Source of the DNA: Geosiphon pyriformis uo1
Taxonomy: Eukaryota; Fungi; Glomeromycota
Assembly (NCBI GenBank): GCA_016748015.1
Contig: JAAOMT010000057.1
Span: forward strand, 204,763-268,762
Direction of reading: 5' to 3'
Length of the DNA: 64,000 nucleotides
In this document: positions 12,519 to 27,277 of the stretch, in pieces
Layout of the letters: the number at the start of each line of letters is the position of its first letter
How positions within the stretch are numbered: the first letter of the stretch is position 1
Notes under the pieces: model-generated
The model's database searches: none
What the model was told of the DNA's origin: nothing
Seen by the model: only the letters and a program-made list of their open reading frames with translations
Position numbers and translations under genes: made by a program

Positions 12519-15122
12519 ATTTTTTTTTATTTATTTAATAAATAAAGTCCAAATACTGCTTAGTATAGTACATCAAATAATTGATCTAAACTAGATGTAA
12601 ATCATGCATTTTCTACATATAACCAGCCAATCAAGCCAGTTAGAACAACACTAAGCATCTATATAAACCAAAACTAGGTCTTCAATACCTGAAAAAAAAA
12701 TGAGACTTACAAAATCCAAAACCAATACCAAATGTTTTAGTAATATCTAGCAATTTAACCACACCAAAAAAAAAAATTGAAAACAGCCCAAAAATTAAAC
12801 CTGGAGCCAAATCATTACATGGTATTAATCTATTCTTTTCCATAAAAGCACAATGTTTAGTACAGACCAATTAAATCTTACTCTTAAAAACAAGACAGAA
12901 ATTATGCATAAAGTTCACAACCTTTTAACCCACAACTTTAAAATCTTTGAAGACAGACACAGTCTTTCAAAGCCAATTCTTAAAGAAAAAGCTTTTACAA
13001 AGAGCCATATATACTATAATATTCGAGATACAGGAGGACAAAAACTGAAACACACATGAAAAAGAAAGAGAAAGACCAGAAAGTACACTCCAAAAAGCTG
13101 TATGGGCATTCAACAATTGATGAGAAACAGAATTATCAATTACACAAAAAAAACATGATCTGAAACCTTAATATTGTCACAATATAAATATAACACACTA
13201 AAATATTGTTTATCATATAGGTATTTCTGAACAGCAACTAGTAATTGATAATACAAAGCTTTTATAAAGTATGTGTGGACACCAGCAATTAGCTTATTAG
13301 TAAAACCAGCAGCCATATATAAGTCAGAATGTTATATCAAAGACAAACTAAGTCAATCAACATCTGAAAGCAAACTAATGTTTAAAATTCCAGACCCAGA
13401 ATCAACTTCCCAGCATGCACAATAAATAAACTAAAAGATCTTATATATAAAATGCCTAGAATTACCAGACATAACACTACTCTCAACTAAAACACAATGT
13501 CCTCTCAAATAGGAGAAAAAATACTAGGAAAAAAAAAAGCAGTTATAGCAAGTACATCAACATGCTTATTACCCAGAACATCTGAGTAATCTTTAATTTT
13601 GCATTAGCTGACACTTAAATTTTTCTCCTTAATAATATTTACAATGTGCTAATACTTAACTCAATACTAATTCTGAAAATTCAAATACAATAGATCTAAT
13701 TCCAATTTGCATGCATTTAAGGCAGCTTGATTGTTTGTAAAAAGACAAACTGAGCTACAAGTAGGGACACACTCAAGAGCCAACACAATAGCTTACAACT
13801 CTGTCAAAGTAGAAAACAACAGACCAGAAACCTTAATTTTTAAACCCAAGTTTATATTTTCAAAAAAAGCTGCTGCATCAACCCTTATATTAACACTTTC
13901 CAAGTTTTTTAAAAATCTATTCATGTAAACAAAAATGTTGTTAGCTGTAACATCTAATAAATAATCACAAACACACCCAAACTCACTAAACTTTAAAACA
14001 CTCAAAGACTTAAAAACATCCAAAAAAAAAGAGCAGACAGAAAATGAAGTTATATCATTAAGGAAATCAACAGAAAGTCCAAACCAGTCAGGAACAGGAC
14101 CATGTGGATCCAATCTTTTTCAATGCTTGAAGGTTTTCCAATCAAAAATAACACTCTTTTGACTACAAAGCTGTTCTACAAAAGCTATATTATATTACTG
14201 AAATAAAAAAAGAGACCTAAAGAACCCAGACTCACCAAAAACAGTCGACATAAAAGTTTTATCCTAAAAACAAAAAAAATTGACCATCAGACCACTTAAG
14301 AACAAATTGTACTCAAAAAAAATATGAACTATATCTGCTAAAAAGTAATTAGATGAACTGACTTTAATGCAAGCCAAGAAAATTAAAAAATGAAGTGGAT
14401 GCCAACTTAAAGCTTGCAAATCAAGAGATTTGTACAAAAACAAACAATTCAAAATTCCAACAAAGTTTACAAAACACACAACAGAAGCCACTTTGCTTTT
14501 AGCTTGAACCTGCTCAAAAGTTTTCAGATCATACAAAGAAGGGTGGTAAAATACATTATTAAAAAAATTGAGAGGCAGACCAGACTTCATTTTCAAGTCC
14601 TTGTGAATCAAAGCATTTTACTTATTATATACCCCAATAAGAACAAAGCTGAATTGCATTTTGTAGCTAACAATAGAATATAGAATAGCCAACACCAAAT
14701 ACAAAAATTGTTTATCTGAAATGGCCTTTCTTAGAACAAAATTGGCAAAAAATTTGACATCTAAATATGCTTTAGCCAAGCTGGGCTTCAATAAAACTTT
14801 AATAAACAAAAAACACCCAGATTATGATAAGACTCTCTTTTTTTGGTAATAGAAATAGACAAATTACTGATTAACAAAAAAAGACACTCAATTTTGCAAT
14901 TGATAAGAATGGCTACTGTTTTGTTGTTATTTATGGAAATGTCATTGATTCTAAAATATTTACTAGTAATATTAAGAATATGTTGCATAGCAGTCTAACT
15001 GCTACCAACTCAGATTATATTATCAACAAAAGCATCAGCAGCAAAAAAAGAAGCTAATCTGGTCTGAGATTCTATACAATCAGTTTTGGCAATAAAATAA
15101 AAATTCAACCTATATCTACACA
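12519..15122 (-). mobile_element. 5'-truncated LINE (end of RT, RNase H, zf-RVT, 3'UTR, poly-A), same family as 56220-62969
   Basis: Fragments MDPHGPVPDWFGLSV…, FFANFVLRKAISDKQFLYLV… and VKLLDITKTFGIGFGF match ORF2 of the right-hand LINE; T-run at ~12519-12528 is the poly-A. Confidence 0.92.
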
Positions 15123-15829
15123 CAATAAAAATATGTAATTTTTGTAAATTAGTTTTAATTTTTATCTAAATAAATAAATTAATATCAATAAAAAATAAAT
15201 ATCAATAAATAAAAAATTAAATAAAAATATTTAAATATTATATATAAATTAATATTATCTATTATAATTATAAAGATCTATATATTTATATTTTTAGCTT
15301 ATTAATTATGGCTTTTGTTTTTTATTACTTTTATAAAAGATTTTTTATATTAATGTCTTTTATTTTTTATACATATAATATTTTTCTAAAATAATTAATA
15401 TTATTCTTAATAATTATTTATTTTTTATATTTGTTTACTTTTTAAATATTAAAATTATACTAATTGAATTTTTACAAAATGGTTTTTATATTGCTTTATT
15501 TTTTTAAAAAATAATTGCTTTCAAAATTTGTCTATTAAAAACTTAATAATTTAAAATTTTAAAATAAAAATTCAAAAATTTAAACAGTTTTTTTGTTTTA
15601 AGTATATTAACTTAATATAAAACTTATTTACAAGATATTATTAATTTCAATAAAAAAACTTTAAATTTATTATTATAATATAATAAAAACTTAATAATAT
15701 AATTATTAAGTTTATAAAAAAATTATATAATAATTTTACAGGCTAAAAATTTTAAAATATAAATACAATATTATATAATAAATTTAATAGAACTAATAAT
15801 AAAAAATTAAATATAATTTATGAAATTTT

Positions 15830-17120
15830 TTTCTTTTGTTTTGGTGTTATTTTTTAACAAAAAAAATATTTTTTTAAATACTGAATTATTTTGTTTGTTT
15901 TATTAGAAAAAAAAAAATTTTTATTTTGGCTTAATAATTTAATATATGTTTTATAATAAACTTTAAAATTACTTTATAGTTTTTTTTTATTGACCACATT
16001 TAAGATTGCAAAATTTTTTGTAATGGCTTTTGGTTTTTTTTGTTCTATTTTTATTGTATTTTCTAATGTTTCTCTTGGCATATTTTCTAATAATATTAAA
16101 AATATTCTTGGTGTTTTTGGTATTGTTACTTCAATAAAGTTGAAACAGACTAACTTATAATAATATTTTATTGTAAATTTTAAAAACTTTTTATCTGCTG
16201 CTACTGTTCTTAATAATTGGTCTGTGCTGATTAAAAAGATTGACTTTTTTTTTCTTTAATAAAAAAAAGATTATTACTTTAAAGAATTTTTTTAAAATCA
16301 AATTAATCAATTTTTTTAATTATACTGTTTTTAAAATCAGTAATATGATTTTTAAAGTTGGTAATTATATTTGTTTTATTTTTTATTTTTTTATTTTTTA
16401 TTGTTATTAATGTTTTGTTGTTATTACTTTTGAGTTTTATAAAAAACTAAAGCTTATTATAGCAAAAACTAGTACTTTATATAAATGTTATATCTAGTGG
16501 AAAATTTTTGGATGTTGTTACTATTATAAATATTAAGATTTGAACTATTTGTTTGCTAATTGCAAAATGTTTTTACTTATTTTTTTAAGTTGTTTTTAAG
16601 TTTATTGTTGATTTTAAATTTTTTATATTATCTGTTATTAATAACAAATCTTATATTATGGCTTTTGTCTTTTTAATTTCTTTTTTTGCTGCTTTTTTAA
16701 CTGCTTTTATTGTTAATCTTATTATTAAATATAAGTTAAATTCCTTAAAATTTCAGATTTCAAGTTTGGCTGTTTTGATAAAGTTTATTGTTAAATTTAT
16801 TAATTTTTTGGTTATTTTAATTACTTTTTTTATGTTTGAAAATATATGTAAAAATCACAAAATTGAAAAAAATTTATTTACTATACTTAATGTTTTCAAA
16901 AATTTTGCTTTTCTTTTAGCTAATATATTTAAAAACTTTGTCTGTTTTAAAACTAAAATTAAATTTGATAATAATTTAGATGTTGTTAAAGTATTTTTTT
17001 TAAGTAAAAAATATATAACTAATTAGTTGCTTTGTAATAAATATGTGGTTTTAAAGTTAAAAGTTGTATTAAAAAAACTAAATTGTTTTTTAATAAATTT
17101 ATTTTTAATTTTAAAATTTT
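15830..17120 (+). mobile_element. Highly decayed retroelement ORF1/gag-like remnant
   Basis: ORF 16658-17026 (…LNSLKFQISSLAVLIKFIV…) loosely resembles the coiled C-terminal part of the LINE ORF1; extreme A/T. Confidence 0.35.
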
Positions 17121-17559
17121 AAATAGTATTATCAAAAAACTTGATAAACAGAATTTTTTTTTAGCTTTTTTTGATTTAGTTTAATTAATGTTTTAACTAA
17201 CTTAGATAATTAATTATATAGAAAACACATGAATCATATTTAATTTAAGTTACTTAGTTTAATTTATTATATTAGATAGTAATTAAATTTACTTTGTTAA
17301 AACATAATAATAAAAAATTACTTTAATTGATTTTTTTTATTTTAATAATATATTAATTTAATAATATAAGTAATAATAGTATTATTAATATTTTTTAAAA
17401 AAAACATATGAATATAAAATTTTATTAATTAAAATATCATGAATACAAATATTAAACAATATAAACATATATTTATGTTTAATATAAATTACACAAATAC
17501 TGTTTAATAATAATTTAATATCTAGATAAATAATAAACATGAATATTAAACAATATTTT

Positions 17560-19500
17560 AATATGTTTGTATTTATTATATATAGTACAAACATTAAAAA
17601 TATATAATACTATTAACAAAATATCAGAAATTTCAAAAATATTAGGAATTTTAATTATAATTCAAAAAAAGTATAAAAATTATTAAAAATTTATGTATAT
17701 ATATAATAATAATTATAAAAACAAGTTCAAAAAATTTTTTAATTAAATTACTTTACAATTAAAAATTTAGCACTTAAAATAAAATTTAGTTTAATAAAAT
17801 TATTATTTAAATTATTAATATTTAAACTTTTATAAATTTATATTTTTTTTGTTAAAATTTACTTATTTTTTACCAATTTTAATAATATTAATACAATATT
17901 ACTAACAATACTAGAACAATAACTTTTAATTATAATTATTAATAAAATATTAAATTATATTTTTTTTTGTTTTTTGTTTACTAATTAATTAAAAAAAAGT
18001 ACTAAAATTATAATATTTAGTAAAAGATACAAAAATAAAAATTAATTAAAATAATTGCTTATTAGAAAAATAAAAAACACCAAAATAAACTAGTTATTAT
18101 ATCAAAAAAATTAAATACTAAGTATTATTAACTAATATATTAAATTTTTATTTATTATACAAAAAATTTTATTACACAAACTTTTAGATTAATAAATTAA
18201 TAAATCTAAACACCAAATTATAAAAAACTCTACTAATTTAAAAAAATACTTATAATAATATTAACTAGTTTAAAAGAATATTTGACAAAATAATAATATA
18301 ATAAATAAAATATTTTATTAAAAAAAAACAACTTAATAACATGTAAAAACCATATATTAATTATATTTAATATTTTATAAATATAATAAAATACTATTAT
18401 ATTCAGTTATAAAAACATTAATAATAAATTAATTAAAAAAATAATTAATTTACAATTTAAAAAACTGAAAATAAAATTTTTAATGTTATAATAATAATAA
18501 AATACTTGAATTTATTCCCAAAAAAATTTAGTAAATTTTATTAAAACTTAATATTAAAAAAAATATAGATTACTTATAAAGTAAAACAAAAAACAATAAT
18601 AGATAAAATATAATATAATTAGTTAATAATATAAAATAGATTATTAAAAACATATAATATCAAAAATTTCAGAAATATTAACAAAAATTTTAAAAATACT
18701 GGTAAAAATGTTAAAAATTTCAGTTATAATTTAGAAAAAATAAAAATTATTAAAAATTTCAAAAATCTTATATAATAAAGATTTATATTATTATTTAAGT
18801 AAAAAAAACCAATTTAAATTTATTAAAAAAACATAATTAACATATAATAACATAAAAAATTTTTATAATATAAGATAATACAAAATAATATAAAATAATA
18901 CAGAATAACATAAAATAATTTAAGATAATACAAAATAACTTACAATAATATAAAATAATTAGTTATCTTAAACCAATAATAGAAATAATGAATAATAGCT
19001 AGTAATAATAAATAATTAAAAACAATCTTATAAAATTAGAAAATATGTATAAAAATAAGTAATTTTAACAGATAAAAAAAAGAAAAGCAGACAAAAATTG
19101 ATTTTTTTTAATATCTATTTTTTAGTTTTATAATTTTTTATCTTATTTTTTCTATATTTCATATTAATCAAATAAAATATTATTTAATTTACCAAAATAC
19201 ATGATTTTAATACTTTAATTTTCGAAATCTAATTAATTGTTTTTTTATTTTTGTTTCAAACCAAATATTAATAGCATAAATACTTTTAAAATCTTAATAA
19301 TTAAACTAATTGCTTTTGATTATAGCAATTAATAAAATATTAATTTTTTTTATTTTTTTTTATTTTTATTTTTTTATTTTTGTAGAATAACAACATTGAA
19401 AATTAATTGTTTAAAAATAAACTTCATAATAACTTAATAAAAAAAAAAGCTTTTTCTAAGTTTGAATATTTATTTTATCTTATTAGTTTATCAAAAAAAT
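17560..19500 (+). mobile_element. Decayed Gypsy LTR remnants and a second copy of the extra ORF
   Basis: 17880-18200 and 19280-19440 resemble LTR 5105-5460; 18250-18540 resembles 4345-4650; short tandem repeats (aataacataaaataat) at ~18830-18960. Confidence 0.6.
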
Positions 19501-20099
19501 AAAAAAACAATACTAAATTTTAGTAATTGTGCTTATTAGCTTAAAAAAAAACACAATTATAATAGCACAATTAAAAAAACAGCATTTTTGTATTTTATAA
19601 TAAAAAAGCTTAATAGGTAAAACTTTAAACAAAAAAATTTTCAGAAACTAATAACTAACTTAACTAACAAAAACCAATTTATTTACAATTTATTTACAAT
19701 TAATTAGCTTTTACTATTAAATTATGAGTGCTAAATATTATGATCATATATTATTAAGTTTATTTATAATATTTGGTGTTTTTTGTAAGATTATAAAATT
19801 CACAGAGACAAAACATTCAAAAAACTTACAAAAGTAGTAATTATTAAAACAATTAAAAAAACTCATTTGTTATTTAAAAAAGTATTATATTAATACTTTC
19901 AAAAAAATCTAAGAATTTTAAAAGAGATATTTATAATTAAAAGTAATTTTTTTACTATATATATATTAAAATTAATTATTATCTAAGTAAAACAGCAAAT
20001 ATAAAAAAATCTAAAAAACAAATTCATTAAAACCTATTATTATATTTAATTACAACTACTAAAAAAGCAATTATGAACATTTTTTTCTTTATTAACAAA

Positions 20100-21334
20100 A
20101 ACCAAAATATAATATTTGATTTAAATATTAAATTAGTGGTGTTTGTAATAATAAATTGTTGTGATTTATATTTCAAATTAATATTATTAGAATTTAAAAT
20201 TAGTTTTCAGAACTACTTTTCTATTTGTAACTATAATTAATAGTTTTGAATCTTAGATTAATGTTTTAAAGAATCTAATATTAAGATTAAAATAGTATTA
20301 TTGCTTAAAAAAATTAATAATAGTTTGATAGTAATTGTAATATATTAAGATTATTAATACTAAAAAGTAAAATAATAATATTCTAATAGTTATAAATACT
20401 TTAGTTGTTATTAATATTGGTTTACTATTTTTTTACAACAATTTTTTACAATATAACCAAGTTTTTAACAGTAATAGGAGTTTTATAAATCTTGTTTCCA
20501 TAATTATTATTGCTATTAGTATTGTTGTTGTTATTACTACTTTATAGTATTGTTATTTTTTTGGCATTATAAAAGCTAATATATTTTTTAATTTTTTATA
20601 AAGAATTTTTTAATTTTTTAAGTTAATTTTTTATTTAATTGAATAAGCTTTGTATTAGTATTAAGGATTCCACTTATGGCCAAATTAACAGTTTAAATAT
20701 AATTTGTTTTTTGTTTTGTTGATTTAAAGTTATAGACAAGTATTACTGTATTTTGTAAATTTTTAAGATAATAAAATTTAATAAACTAAAAGATATTGTT
20801 TCTTAATCCTTTAATAAACTGATTTAAAATTTGGTTAGGTGTATAATAATTTTGTTTAATAACTTGAATTTAGCAAAGAGTCTGATTAAATTATTCAAAA
20901 TAAGTAGTTACAGTTTTATAATCTTTTTATTTTATTATATTAAATTGATTTTATAATTTGATAAAAGTGTTTAAATTACAGAAATATTGTAGAAAGATAA
21001 GTTTAAATATTATAAAAATCAGTTAATTTTTTGGTAAAACTTTAGTATCAAAAGTTAACAGTTTTTATTAAGAAAAAAGATAATGTTTAAATAGTTCTAA
21101 TATTATTTTAATTGTTTATTATAATTGCTTTTTTAGCTTTAACAATTTAAGTATAGACATTTGCTTTTTTACTAAAATTTTTTTTAATTTACCAATGTTT
21201 TTATAAGCTATAACTAGAATAATAAAAAATTGTTTATTTGTTGATAAAAAAAAATTGTCAGAAGTATATTTGGTTGTTTAGTTAAACTTAAAACTAGTTG
21301 TTTCTTTTTGTTGATCATTGTAATAAGTTAAAAT
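20100..21334 (-). pseudogene. Decayed Gypsy gag fragment
   Basis: Restoring transitions on the minus strand gives KAIxxNNWNxxRxxQxLxFFL…WYQS and YYTxxQILNQFIKGLR, typical retrotransposon gag motifs. Confidence 0.6.
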
Positions 21335-24300
21335 TAGGGTTTTGATGTTTAGTCTGATTTGGTTTGAATTCAATTAAACTATCAAACTAAACCAAACTTA
21401 AACAGAAAATTTGGCAAAATTTTAAGACTTAAAATTATTAAACTTGAACCAAACCCAAACAAATACAACAAGTCTGGTTCAAATTTGGTTTGAAGTTTAT
21501 AAACATGTTCAGATTTGACTATTAAAAACATTATATTATATTATATTATTATTTATTTATTTTTTAATGATCTTTGCATTTATAATTAAAGACATTATAT
21601 TGCTTTTATAGTTTTAGACACTAAGCAAAACCTTATATCTGTAATTATATTTTCACCTGCAAAAAAGATGTATTTAGAAGTAACAAATAATTTTTGAATT
21701 GCCAAATAATTATAAGCCATATATACAAGATAAAAAAATTGTATTTAATATGTTTAAATATTGAATTATTAATAAAATATTAATTTAAATAAATATTTTT
21801 TGTAATATATCTTCTATTATGCTATTATATCTATTTTTCTATTGGCCATTTTTTTAGAGATATAACAATCAATTTTATCAAGTTTTTTTTATTATTATCA
21901 TCAAATTCTGTCTTTAATATGAATTATATAACTGATACTATAGTATTATTAAAATTGTCATTTAACAAAAAACTTTCATTTGATGTTGGCATAATGTTCA
22001 ATATGTACTCTATTTTAAAAAAAATACACATTTTAAAAGTTTATTTATTGTGTAAGAGTTGAAAAACAAAACTGTTTGAATAAATTAATAATTTACAATT
22101 CTTTTGTTCTATTAATATCATCATTTAAAAATTCTTTTTTTGTGAAATAATAAAATTTTCTTCTTAGATACAATACAATATAAAACATTATAGTTGTATT
22201 TGTTTTAAAGTAATATTCAACCAACTTTCTTTTTATTGTTTTAGTCATTATAACAAGTAATAAATTTAATATTAAATATCTTAAATAAATAACTAAATAA
22301 ATACAATTAAGATTATAATGTTTTACCAAACTCATTATTATCAATTAAGTTTTTAACATAATTAAAAATAATATTAAAAAAAAAAATAATTGAAAAAGCA
22401 GTATTATTTGAATTAGCTAATATTTTGATCACAATATTTTTAAATAATTCAAAGAATTTAGCAATTTTATCAAAAACAACCCACTAATTATGTAAAATAA
22501 AATATTAATGAAGATCAATGTGACTGCTAATAAGAATGTTTAATGTCTATAAATTTATGATTAAAATTTTTGTATTCAAAATATATGAAATCAGAAATAA
22601 ATAACTTGCCAATTTAAGAAATAACCTATTTCTAATTATGTTATAAGTAAAATTCTATTAAATAGAACAATCCAAAATGAGTTTACAATATTTAATTTAA
22701 TATGTATTACAAGTGTATTTAAGAAGCTTAAAATATTAAAATAAGATACAAATTGCAAAGTTAAGTTTTTTAATTTTTAATTTATACAAAGTTTATATTA
22801 GAAAAATTTTAGGTAAATATATTTGGTTTGAGTTTTTAACAAATATTTTGAAAATATTATTCTTTATTTTATTTAGGGATATTTGTACTGTCAAGTTTAA
22901 AATATGATCAAAGTATTAAAGTCAAAGATTCTTCAAGTTTTATTGAATGTTTTTTTTTAATTTTTTTGCTAATTCTCTTATGAAAATATCATTATTTGTG
23001 ATATTATTGAGAGTAATAGCAAAAAGCTGTTAAAAAAAAATTAGGTTATAACTAATAAAATTAATAATAAACTTATATAAAAAAAAATGCAACTCTTTTT
23101 TAAACTTCTTTTTTAACCTTTTTGATTAAAAATTTGGCTTGAGGCAATAATAAAAACCATTTAAGTTAATATTAAAAAAATGTGGTTTTCAATAATATAA
23201 ACACTGTAATAACTTTGAGTCTTAGATAATACTAATATTAAAATTTCAGCTCTGGAACAATAATAAAACCAATTTAAGCCAACATTAAAAAAACATAATT
23301 TTCAATAATATAGACACTATGATAACTCTAAGCCTCAGATAATACTAATATATTATATAATATGTCGATTTTATTATTAGTTATTGACTAATTCAAATTT
23401 ATGCAAAAATATATATATGTATTTTTAATGTAAATTTTTAATATTTTAAAAAATCTATTCTTAATATTTATTTCATTATATCATCTACTTATTAATTCAA
23501 AATTAATTATTGTTTATTGAAGATCTTAATTGTAATTAATATAATAAATAGTAACAGAAACAAAAGCTTTATTATTAAGAGATATTCAAAGATCTAATAT
23601 AAAAAATTTTTTGGACTTAATAGTATTTAAGTGTAGCTATTACATTATAAGTATAAGCAAAAAAAAGAAAAATTTTATAATAAAAATAGTGCTTATTTTT
23701 AATTTTTGTCTATTCAAAACATAAAGTTTTATAACTTTATTCTTAATTGCATTGGCACAAACAGATTAAAAAGTAAAATTCAAATATTAAAATATTTTGA
23801 TTAATTTAGGATTTTTTATTATAAGAAATAGTTATTGATAGTTAATAAGCCAAATATTAATTATGTTATGAAGTTTTTTATTATTAATATTAATAACAGT
23901 TACTACAAAAAACTAAAGCAGTTTTCTAGTTAGATTGGCAAAAAATTATAAAAAAAAATATTAATTTTACTTGTCAAAATATTTCTTTAATTAATTTACA
24001 ATTTTTTTGACCATTTTGTCTTTTTTTATAATATTCTTCTGTTGTAATATATACTGTTTAATGGAAAGTCTCTAAATAATATTATAAAGATTTGATAATA
24101 CCTATAGTTTACAAAAAAATGGTTTATGCACATATTTTGAAACTGTATATTTAGCTGTTTTTTTTTTATCCACTCAAACTTATTAAAATAGTTTTATATT
24201 TTATTCTAAAAATTATGTTTACCAAATATATTAATATTTGAACTATTTAGGTTATCAAATTCCATTATTTTAGATTTTAAATTTTTAGTAACATTGAATA

Positions 24301-24636
24301 ATACTAACAATAAATTTATTTTGGTAAGTTAAAAAGTGAAGTTATTATATATATATAATTTTATATATCTTTTTAATTAATTATTGTAATTAAACAAAGT
24401 AATAATTAATAAATAAGTAGAACAAATTATATATTTTTTTAATTCTATTAAACTTAAACAAGTTTGTAAACTTCGAACCAAACTTAAACTGAACTTAAAT
24501 TTGGCAAAAAAATTTAATACCAAACTTGAACCAAATCTACTTTGAAAAATTTGGTCAGTTCAAGTTTGGTTTGTAATTTGAACTAAACTTGAACAACATT
24601 CAAAGTTTGGTTTGATTCTGTTTAATCAGAACTCTA
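21335..24636 (-). mobile_element. hAT DNA transposon, copy A (both ends present, decayed)
   Basis: TIRs tagggttttgat (21335) / atcagaactcta (ends 24636); subterminal aaccaaac/gtttggtt repeats at both ends; transposase remnants KLVEYY…VLxxRRK and C-terminal dimerisation region. Confidence 0.88.
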
Positions 24637-24645
24637 ACAAGAGTT

Positions 24646-26472
24646 ACTTCAGACTAAATAGCAGTTTCAATAACCAATTTTATTTATAAAAACATTATTT
24701 GTTATCATGATTGTTCAAAAAAACTTTTATATAATAAAAAAAGAGCTTTTTTCAGTATACTAATTAAAAAACTTTGTAAAAAAATAGAAATACATTATAA
24801 ATTCTCTTTCTTTTATTACTTTTAAACAAATAGTCTAATAAAATGTTTCAATATAATACTATGTAAAACTCTAGCCAAAACCAGTAAAAAAACAAATCTA
24901 TAAAACAAAGTGCTGCCTTTAATTTTGTTTGCTTATAGAATTGTAAATTATAATATAATAAATTATAAATCTTTTTATCTATTCTATAAATAAATAGCAA
25001 CTTTATTAATAAAAATTAATATTGAAACAATATTCTTTAAATAAATTACAATAAAAAATTATAAAAACATTTTGCAAAAAAAACTTAATATTATTCTTGA
25101 TTTATTGATAAAAGCACAAATAATTGCTTTTAAAAAAATAAAACAGTTTCAAGAAAAGCTTAAAAAAAAAAACTTATAAAAAACTTTTTTTAAGTATTGA
25201 TAACTTAATTTTAAAATATTATTTAAACAAAGATAATATCTATAATAATAAATTTTCTAATCAGTAGAAAGAACTTTTTATAGTCAACAAAGTTTTAAAC
25301 AATAGTTTTAATAATTACTCTGTTTATAACATATAACTCAAAAAATATTACAAACAATTTAATTGGTTACTTATTATAATAATACTGACACAAATAATTA
25401 GCAAAAATCAGATATAAATAAATGCACTATTTTCAAAACAGAAATATTTTTAATTAATATAAACAATTATTTTTTAGATCAAAACATTCAAAATGCTTTT
25501 TATATTTTCTATGAATATTAAATCAAAAACTATTCAAATACTACTTTGACTATTGGAAAACAGACAATCATAACTAATAACAATAAAACACATACTATTA
25601 TTAAACCAAAAAAACCACTATCAAAAAAGAAAAAATTGGTAGCAAAATAGATAAATATATACTTAAAAACATAATAGCAAGCATAATATTATCTTCTAAT
25701 ACACTTAAAAAAACAATTAAAGAAATCTTGCTTATAAACAAAAATCTGTTATATAAAAAACAATTAAAGCTTTATGATTGATTTGATGAAATTATAAAAG
25801 ACATAAAGCTTATAAAGAAAACAACTTCAAAGATACAAGTAGAAATTCTGGATATTATATAATTAGATGTCTTAAAAGTTTTAACCATTGCTAAAAAAGC
25901 TAAAACTTTTATACAAAAATTTAATTTTTTGAATACAAAGCTAATTTTATCTTAGCTATTATATACTTTATCCACAAAAAACTTCAACAAATTAATTAGT
26001 TTTGAATTAGATAAAACTTTTTAATTAAATTATTTCATAAATAGCTTGATTTTGCCAGAGCTTAATCTTTTAAAGAAGATAATATTATGATTAAAAACCA
26101 TAATTTTTATTAGTTATCACATATATTAGCCACTAATATCACATAATTAACCATTCTATTTTTAGATATTAATCATTAATTTGATTAATGATTTGACTAT
26201 TGACTTGACTATTAACTTGATTATTGATTTGATTATTGATTTGATTAATAATCTGATTGTTGACCAGATTATTAACCTCATTATTAATCTTATTATTAAC
26301 CATTTTTAATAGTTATATAAGTAATAAGTTTCTTAACTGTAGAAAAATATGATTAAAATAATAAAATAAAACTCATTATTAATTATTTTTTCTTATAACA
26401 CTTATTTTTTTTTTTTATCTTTAAGTATCTGAATATCTTGGAATAAAAAATTACTTGTTAGTATTTATATAC
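24646..26472 (+). mobile_element. 3' part of an element-2-family Gypsy (integrase end, extra ORF, PPT, first half of 3' LTR from 26083)
   Basis: 24646-25590 is the reverse complement of ~5562-6545; PPT aaagaagataa is followed by tattatgattaaaa, matching the terminus of LTR 11344-12081. Confidence 0.85.
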
Positions 26473-27277
26473 TGTTATTTATAAAAATTAAGAATTATAA
26501 TAATAAGTAAAATAGCCAATTAGAAATAAGTATAATAAAAAGAAGAATTCCAGAATTTTTCTCAAAAAATTGCAAAATTCCAGAATTTTTTTTAAAAAAA
26601 TTAAAAAATTAAAAAAAAATCTTATATAACACAAATTATGTATATATAGCAAAAGTATTAAAAGCAAAAAAAATATTCAAAACTCAGACAAAACAGTAGT
26701 TAAAAATAACTATTTACTTTCTATCTTTTCTTTAAAAAAGTTTTTTATGACTTGAAGTAGAATTACACTAATATTAATAAAATATTCAATTATCATTTAA
26801 TCTATGTTATTATTATTTGATTAAAGAAATATTAATCACTACTACTCTATTAACATAAAATGTTAATAGAATTCAATACTTAATTATACTAAACCAATAG
26901 CTTTTAATCATAACTATTAATGAGATACTAATTTTTTCTTTTTTTTTCTTTTGTTTTTTTATTGTTTACTAATTGATTAAAAAAATTAAGTACTAAGTAA
27001 TTAATGTTAAGAATAGCTTGGTAAAAGACTTAAAAACAAGAGTAAAAAATTTAAAAATAGCTTATCAGAAGAACATGATTGTTAGAATAAACTAATTACT
27101 ATGTTAAAAAAAAATTCATAAAAAAAACCATCAATTGAATCTCTATTTATTATACAAAAAACTCAACCAAAACTTTTAAACTCTAAAATTTTTAAAAATT
27201 ATCAACATTTTCAGCTATTGAGCACCAAGTTATGAATTTGTTATTTGTTTTAATATTTTAAATAATTATCTGTAATA
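26473..27277 (+). repeat. Solo LTR (element-1-like family)
   Basis: TGTTA…TGTAATA termini; the 3' half matches 5105-5561. Confidence 0.75.
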